64,000 nt of DNA from Longimicrobiales bacterium (GTDB lineage: Bacteria; Gemmatimonadota; Gemmatimonadetes; Longimicrobiales; Gaopeijiaceae), in the NCBI GenBank assembly GCA_965218295.1, contig CBDCKN010000014.1, positions 96,001 through 160,000 on the forward strand, in the 5' to 3' direction. The notes under the pieces were generated by a model, which had not been told where the DNA came from, did not search any database, and saw only the letters and a program-made list of their open reading frames with translations. Position numbers and translations under genes: made by a program. Positions within the stretch are counted from its first letter, which is position 1. Every line of letters begins with the position of its first letter. Positions 59,701 through 64,000 of the stretch are shown piece by piece.

Positions 59701-59826
59701 GAGGAGGCGCTGGACATCCTGACGGAGCGGATCAACGATTTCCTGTTGCTGGACGTGACCCGCTTCCGTAACCAGGTCGGGGCTGCCGATCTGGACGTTT
59801 TCCCGTCAGTGGGGCCGATCGGATAG
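56743..59826 (+). CDS. VPS10/sortilin-like BNR-repeat (glycosyl-hydrolase-like) secreted protein 1
   Basis: RSIGPAGMSGRI, repeated S.DGG.TW Asp-boxes, GGMQDNGSW, RFNWNA, DLVIGTHGR. Confidence 0.88.
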   Translation: MTGRFLAGLHLLLPLLLGVTSLQGQVREHQLAAMQARSIGPAGMSGRIAAIDALATDPDVVYVGAATGGVWKSTNGGQTWKAVFDDQRVLGIGAVVVDQSNPDVVWVGTGEGNPRNSAGVGGGVYKSIDGGDTWTLLGLERSERIHRILLHPTDADIAYVGAMGPAWSDGEERGVFKTLDGGRSWERILYVDERTGVSDMVMDPTNPDKLIVGMWSFRRSPWFFESGGPGSGLYVTVDGGASWRRADEADGLPGGALGRIGLAVYPTDPRIVYALVEARESALLRSPDGGRSWRTVRSGTGVSPRPFYYSDLFVDPENELRLYQLHSRLERSDDGGRTFENIGQGVHPDFHALWIDPRDPQHLYAGTDGGVYVSRDRGASWRMIDNLPVGQLYHVSVDMDVPYNVYGGMQDNGSWEGPSDVWESGGIRNYHWKEVAFGDGFGTLVDTQDPSYGYAMSQGGDLIRFDVRTGERKRIRPWAPDSTRLRFNWNAAIAADPYIPGGIYYGSQFVHKSVDRGGTWQIISADLTTNDPDKQKQEESGGLTKDTTGAENHTTILTIAPSALSQDVVWVGTDDGKVQVTSSAGGQWDDVTEGIGGVPDNTWVAHIEASKFRAGGAFAVFDDHRRGDWEPYIYRTDDYGDDWDRIADEDDIDGYVHTLEQDPRAEELLFAGSEFGLYVTLNGGDDWFKWTHGLPSVPVRSLVIHPRDHDLVIGTHGRAIYVLDDIRPLRELATNPGAADVALFFFEPPVAYVHTTAEADGYHFVADAMYQGRARAPGALFSYWLGEDNDDGPVTIEVLDFEDHLVRTLQGTRSPGLNRVSWDLREDLPEVLLDFQPAGGGGVGSGGAPQAPQVLPGTYTVRINRGRAESRQTLDVLPDPRVEIEMTDRITKYQALKRAQELNVRMAELQRATNSVREGVDRVLGLLESDARFVGAELVTSGQRLRRRLEEVADFQGVDQYRSGVSGLSSSYDAPTEGQRIDLIRMEEALDILTERINDFLLLDVTRFRNQVGAADLDVFPSVGPIG

Positions 59827-59858
59827 CATGTGATGCTTCAACAAGCGACGGAGTAGGA

Positions 59859-62800
59859 ATGAATCGAATGACGCGATGGACCCATAACCTACTGGGAACG
59901 GTCCTTACGGCCTGGGGGTTGTTTCTCGGAGCCTCGCCGTTGGCGGCCCAGTACACCACGGAGCACTTCGCTCAGATCCGAGGTCGCTCCATCGGGCCGG
60001 CAGGTATGAGCGGGCGTGTGTCGGACGTAGACGTCGTGACCTCCGACCCCAACATCATCTACGTGGGGTCTGCAACCGGGGGGGTGTGGCGCTCCGTGGA
60101 TGGCGGCATCGAGTGGGTGCCTATCTTCGACGACCAGCCTGTTCTGGGAATCGGAGCCGTGGCGGTCTCGCAAGCGACGCCCGACGTCGTCTGGGCGGGC
60201 ACGGGGGAGGGGAATCCACGTAACTCCGCCGGAGTCGGGAACGGTGTGTTCCGCAGTCTCGACGGCGGCGACACGTGGACCAACGTCGGCCTCGAGGGCT
60301 CTGAGCGGATCCACCGGATCATCACTCACCCCACCGATCCCGCAGTGGCGTACGTTGCGGCCATGGGTCCGGCCTGGAGCGATGGAGAAGTCCGGGGGAT
60401 CTTCCGCACAAGGGACGGTGGGCGGACATGGGACCGGGTCCTGTACGTGAACGAGCGCACGGGTGCCGCGGACCTGATCATGGATCCCAGCAACCCCAAC
60501 AAGCTCTTTGCGGCGATGTGGGAATTCAGGCGCTGGCCGTGGTTCTTCGAGTCGGGAGGGCCCGGCAGCGGCCTATACGTTACGTATGACGGAGGCGACT
60601 CCTGGGTCCGCTACACTGAAGACGACGGGCTACCGCCGGGCAACCTGGGCCGCATCGGACTCGCCGTCGCGCCCTCCAATCCCGACGTCGTCTACGCCCT
60701 TGTGGAGGCCGAGAAGAGCGAGCTGATCCGCTCCGAGGACGGAGGCCGGAGCTGGGAGACCATCAACGATCACGCCGGCGTCGTTCCCCGGCCCTTCTAT
60801 TACGCCGATCTCCGGGTGGATCCCCAGAACGAGAATCGCATCTACTCCCTACACGGGAGCATCCAGGTCAGTGAGGACCAGGGCCGCAACTTCGAAACCG
60901 TGGTGCCGAGCTCCACGATCCACGGCGACGTACACGAGCTCTGGATCGACCCCGACAACGGTCGCCGCATGATCATCGGGAACGACGGTGGGATTGCCTT
61001 CACCTATGATCGCGGGGAGCGCTGGCGCTTCGTGGAGAACCTCACGCTGGCTCAGTTCTACCACATCAGCCTCGATAACGAAGCGCCCTTCAACGTGTAC
61101 GGGGGGCTGCAGGACAATGGGAGCTGGTACGGCCCGAGCACCGTGTGGGAGAACCGCGGCATCATGAATGCCCACTGGCGCCCCGTGGGCAGCGGAGACG
61201 GCTTCGCCGTGTTCAACGATCCGACGGACTCGCGCTACGGCTATTCCATGTCGCAACGGGGAAATCTGATGCGTTTCGACAAGGAAACCGGTCGGCGCGT
61301 GGAGATCCAGCCCGTCCATCCCCAAGGCGATTACCTGCGCTTCAACTGGAATGCGGGGCTCAACGTCGATCCTCATGACCCCAGCGTCCTGTACCTCGGC
61401 AGCCAGTTCGTCCATCGGACCAGGGACCACGGCAACAGCTGGGAAATCATCTCTCCGGACCTGACCACGAACGACGCCGAGAAGCAACGGCAGGGCCAGA
61501 GCGGCGGGCTCACCCTCGATGCCACCGGAGCGGAAAACCACACCACGATCCTGTCGATCTCGCCGAGTCCGCTTCAGCCGGGGCTCATCTGGGTGTCCAC
61601 CGACGACGGCAACGTGCAGGTCACCGAAGACGACGGGGCGACGTGGAGGAACACGGGTGTCCGCATCCGCGGCGTTCCGAGAGGAACATGGGTCCCTCAC
61701 GTCGAGCCCTCACACCATGATCCACAGACGGCGTACGTAGTTCTGGAGGATCACCGCCGGGGGAACTGGGAACCGTATGTCTACAAGACTGAAGACCTTG
61801 GACAGATCTGGAATGCGTTGAACACCAATGAAATAGACGGCTTTATTCATGTGATACGTGAGGATCCGGAAGAGCCCAATCTGCTGTTCTTGGGCACCGA
61901 GTTCGGGCTTCGCGTGAGCCTCGACGGGGGCGATTCCTGGATCCATTGGAATCATGGCGTCCCGCCGGCTCCGGTGCGCGATCTGCGCATCCATCCCCGG
62001 GATCACGATCTGGTTGTAGGGACGCACGGCCGGGGAGCCTACGTCATCGACGACATCCGGCCGCTTCGCGAAGCCGCCCGGGACCTGGGCCTGGCCGGTG
62101 ACGTGCTGAGGGTGCTCCCCATGGCGCCCGCCCAGAAGCACGCCACGGCGGAAACCATCGGCTATCGCTCGGTTGGGCACGCCATGATGTTCGGCGCGAT
62201 GCGCCCCTATGGGGCCCTCATCAACTACTGGGTGGGAGTGGAAGGCGGCAAGGAAGCCATCATCGACATTCTCGACGTAGACGGAAGCTCGATACGGACG
62301 CTAGGCGGATCCGCCGAGTTGGGGGTCAATCGAGTCGTCTGGAACCTGCGCCGCAGCGGTGAGAGCGAGCCTGAGGAGGAGGGTTCGGAGGTTCTGGGGG
62401 GGATGTATACGGTACGTGTCACGTTGGGTGGTTCGGTGTCGACGGGAGAAGTCACCGTGCTGGAGGATGGCCGTGAGGACATCTCCCTGACGCGGCGGAT
62501 CGCCAAGCTCCAGGCCGTGGAGCGCGCCCAGACCATGACCACCGCCCTCAGCGACGCTCAGCAACGCCTGGAGCGTGCGATCCGGGCCGCCGAGACCGTG
62601 CAGGAGTCTCTTCGCGGGCGAGATGGGGGAGAGGATCTCCGGGAGGAGGGTGCGGAGGTCCAGGAATCCCTCGAGGAGATGCGAGAGCGCCTCTTCACGG
62701 GCCCGTCGTGCCAGGGCATATGCGGGCGAAGCAGGCTGACGTCCAACGCGGTGCGGCGACCCCTCCACGTTCTGGCGAGCTCGCCCGATGCACCGACGGC

Positions 62801-62972
62801 CAACGAGCGCCTCATGCTCGCACAGGCGGAAGAGGCGCTAAAGGACATCATCGACGAGGTGAACGCCATCTTCGACGGCGCGGTTTCGGCCTATAGCCGG
62901 CGTCTTCAAGAGGCCGGATACTCACCCTTCCCCGAGGCCGATCCCCTCAGGATCCGCATGGAGCAGCGCTGA
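59859..62972 (+). CDS. VPS10/sortilin-like BNR-repeat secreted protein 2 (paralog)
   Basis: Same motif order as the upstream paralog; signal peptide. Confidence 0.88.
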   Translation: MNRMTRWTHNLLGTVLTAWGLFLGASPLAAQYTTEHFAQIRGRSIGPAGMSGRVSDVDVVTSDPNIIYVGSATGGVWRSVDGGIEWVPIFDDQPVLGIGAVAVSQATPDVVWAGTGEGNPRNSAGVGNGVFRSLDGGDTWTNVGLEGSERIHRIITHPTDPAVAYVAAMGPAWSDGEVRGIFRTRDGGRTWDRVLYVNERTGAADLIMDPSNPNKLFAAMWEFRRWPWFFESGGPGSGLYVTYDGGDSWVRYTEDDGLPPGNLGRIGLAVAPSNPDVVYALVEAEKSELIRSEDGGRSWETINDHAGVVPRPFYYADLRVDPQNENRIYSLHGSIQVSEDQGRNFETVVPSSTIHGDVHELWIDPDNGRRMIIGNDGGIAFTYDRGERWRFVENLTLAQFYHISLDNEAPFNVYGGLQDNGSWYGPSTVWENRGIMNAHWRPVGSGDGFAVFNDPTDSRYGYSMSQRGNLMRFDKETGRRVEIQPVHPQGDYLRFNWNAGLNVDPHDPSVLYLGSQFVHRTRDHGNSWEIISPDLTTNDAEKQRQGQSGGLTLDATGAENHTTILSISPSPLQPGLIWVSTDDGNVQVTEDDGATWRNTGVRIRGVPRGTWVPHVEPSHHDPQTAYVVLEDHRRGNWEPYVYKTEDLGQIWNALNTNEIDGFIHVIREDPEEPNLLFLGTEFGLRVSLDGGDSWIHWNHGVPPAPVRDLRIHPRDHDLVVGTHGRGAYVIDDIRPLREAARDLGLAGDVLRVLPMAPAQKHATAETIGYRSVGHAMMFGAMRPYGALINYWVGVEGGKEAIIDILDVDGSSIRTLGGSAELGVNRVVWNLRRSGESEPEEEGSEVLGGMYTVRVTLGGSVSTGEVTVLEDGREDISLTRRIAKLQAVERAQTMTTALSDAQQRLERAIRAAETVQESLRGRDGGEDLREEGAEVQESLEEMRERLFTGPSCQGICGRSRLTSNAVRRPLHVLASSPDAPTANERLMLAQAEEALKDIIDEVNAIFDGAVSAYSRRLQEAGYSPFPEADPLRIRMEQR

Positions 62973-62993
62973 CCATATGGAGCAACGCTGACC

Positions 62994-63917
62994 GTGCTAC
63001 GCGGACTGCTGCTCTGGGGCTCCGAGAACCGGTTCCTGGCCGAGCGTCTCCCCCGGTTCCGCTTCGTACAGCGTGCGGTTCGACGATTCATGCCGGGGGA
63101 GACTCCGGAGGCCGCGATGACGGAGGCCCTCCGCCTCCAGAAGTCGCGCATGAGCACGGTGTTCACGCTCCTGGGTGAGAACATCGCCGAGCCTCGGGAG
63201 GCGCTGGAGGTGGTGGAGCACTACCAGGATGTGCTCAAGGAGCTCGACCGCCGTGACTTGAACGGGGAGATCTCGGTGAAGCTCACCCAGCTCGGCGTCG
63301 ACCTGGGTCGCGATCCTGCGGCCGCCAACCTGGAGGCCATCCTTTCGCTGGCCGAAGAGTTGAACCGCTTCGTGTGGATCGACATCGAGGCGAGCCGTTA
63401 TGTGGACGTCACTCTGGGCATCTACAAGGGCGCCCGGGCCCGCTACGAGAACACGGGCCTCTGCCTCCAGGCCTATCTCTACCGCACCGCCGAGGACCTG
63501 GAAGAGCTCCTGCCTCTCCAGCCGGCCATCCGTCTGGTGAAGGGCGCCTACGCCGAGCCGGCCGACGTCGCATTCCCCAGGAAGAGGGACGTGGACAAGA
63601 ATTACCTCGAGCTTTCGCGCCGTCTCCTCGACGTGGTGGCGAACGGTGGCGTTCGTGCGGCCTTCGCCACTCACGACGGGACTCTCGTCGAGAAGATCCA
63701 GCAGGAAGCGGCGGCCCGGGGGATTCCCCGGGGTGAGGTGGAGTTCCAGATGCTCTACGGAATCAACACTTCGGAGCAGCAGCGGCTGGCCGGCGAAGGC
63801 TACAAGGTGGAGGCGCTCATCAGCTACGGATCCGCCTGGTTCCCTTGGTACATGAGGCGCCTGGCCGAGCGGCCGGCAAATCTCTGGTTCGTGGTCCGAA
63901 GGGTGGTGTGGCGCTGA
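62994..63917 (+). CDS. Monofunctional proline dehydrogenase
   Basis: RRFMPGE, LLGEN, SVKLTQLG, QAYLYRT, RLVKGAY, ATHD, EFQMLYG, YMRRLAERPAN. Confidence 0.95.
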   Translation: MLRGLLLWGSENRFLAERLPRFRFVQRAVRRFMPGETPEAAMTEALRLQKSRMSTVFTLLGENIAEPREALEVVEHYQDVLKELDRRDLNGEISVKLTQLGVDLGRDPAAANLEAILSLAEELNRFVWIDIEASRYVDVTLGIYKGARARYENTGLCLQAYLYRTAEDLEELLPLQPAIRLVKGAYAEPADVAFPRKRDVDKNYLELSRRLLDVVANGGVRAAFATHDGTLVEKIQQEAAARGIPRGEVEFQMLYGINTSEQQRLAGEGYKVEALISYGSAWFPWYMRRLAERPANLWFVVRRVVWR

Positions 63918-64000
63918 CGGGCGATACCGATGGGCGCCGCTGGGGCATGCTGGCGCTGGTCTCGGTGGCTGTGCTCCTGGGGATGTCCGCCTGGTTCACG
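63908..64000 (+). CDS. Probable MFS transporter, 5' end only
   Basis: GRRWGMLALVSVAVLLGMSAWFT first TM helix; runs off the edge. Confidence 0.5.
   Translation, partial: MALTGDTDGRRWGMLALVSVAVLLGMSAWFT

Overview
GC-rich bacterial window, most likely Gemmatimonadota (inferred from the characteristic Ser/Thr kinase N-terminus, PadR-ADOP permease pair and VPS10/BNR tandem genes). The left ~26 kb is accessory. It holds integrase and IS21 debris, a full plus an inverted truncated IS256, an AtuA/DUF1446-DUF4387-M20 cluster, a CocE hydrolase, a frameshifted kinase and an IS481. It also holds a ~7.95-kb P4-type integrase island inserted in the 3' end of a DUF151 nuclease gene (9-bp core GATCAACCG at both ends). 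Inside the island is an IS110/IS1111-type element whose non-coding end contains guide-like segments matching its own insertion site, which lies in the loop of a hairpin upstream of a mobC remnant. The right part is mostly housekeeping: DUF512-der-plsY-gpsA, MerR-surE-pcm-yqaA, ftcD, rho, tesA/ybbA/ybbP, c-di-GMP genes and proline dehydrogenase. It is punctuated by a modular MITE-like repeat family (7 copies, usually supplying a gene's stop codon), by genes collapsed through internal deletion (hutH/hutU, hutI, a class V aminotransferase) and by several homopolymer frameshifts that may be sequencing errors. The surviving ftcD carries an inserted C2H2 zinc-finger-like motif. No rRNA, tRNA or CRISPR array was seen. 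All family assignments are by motif recognition, not database searches.
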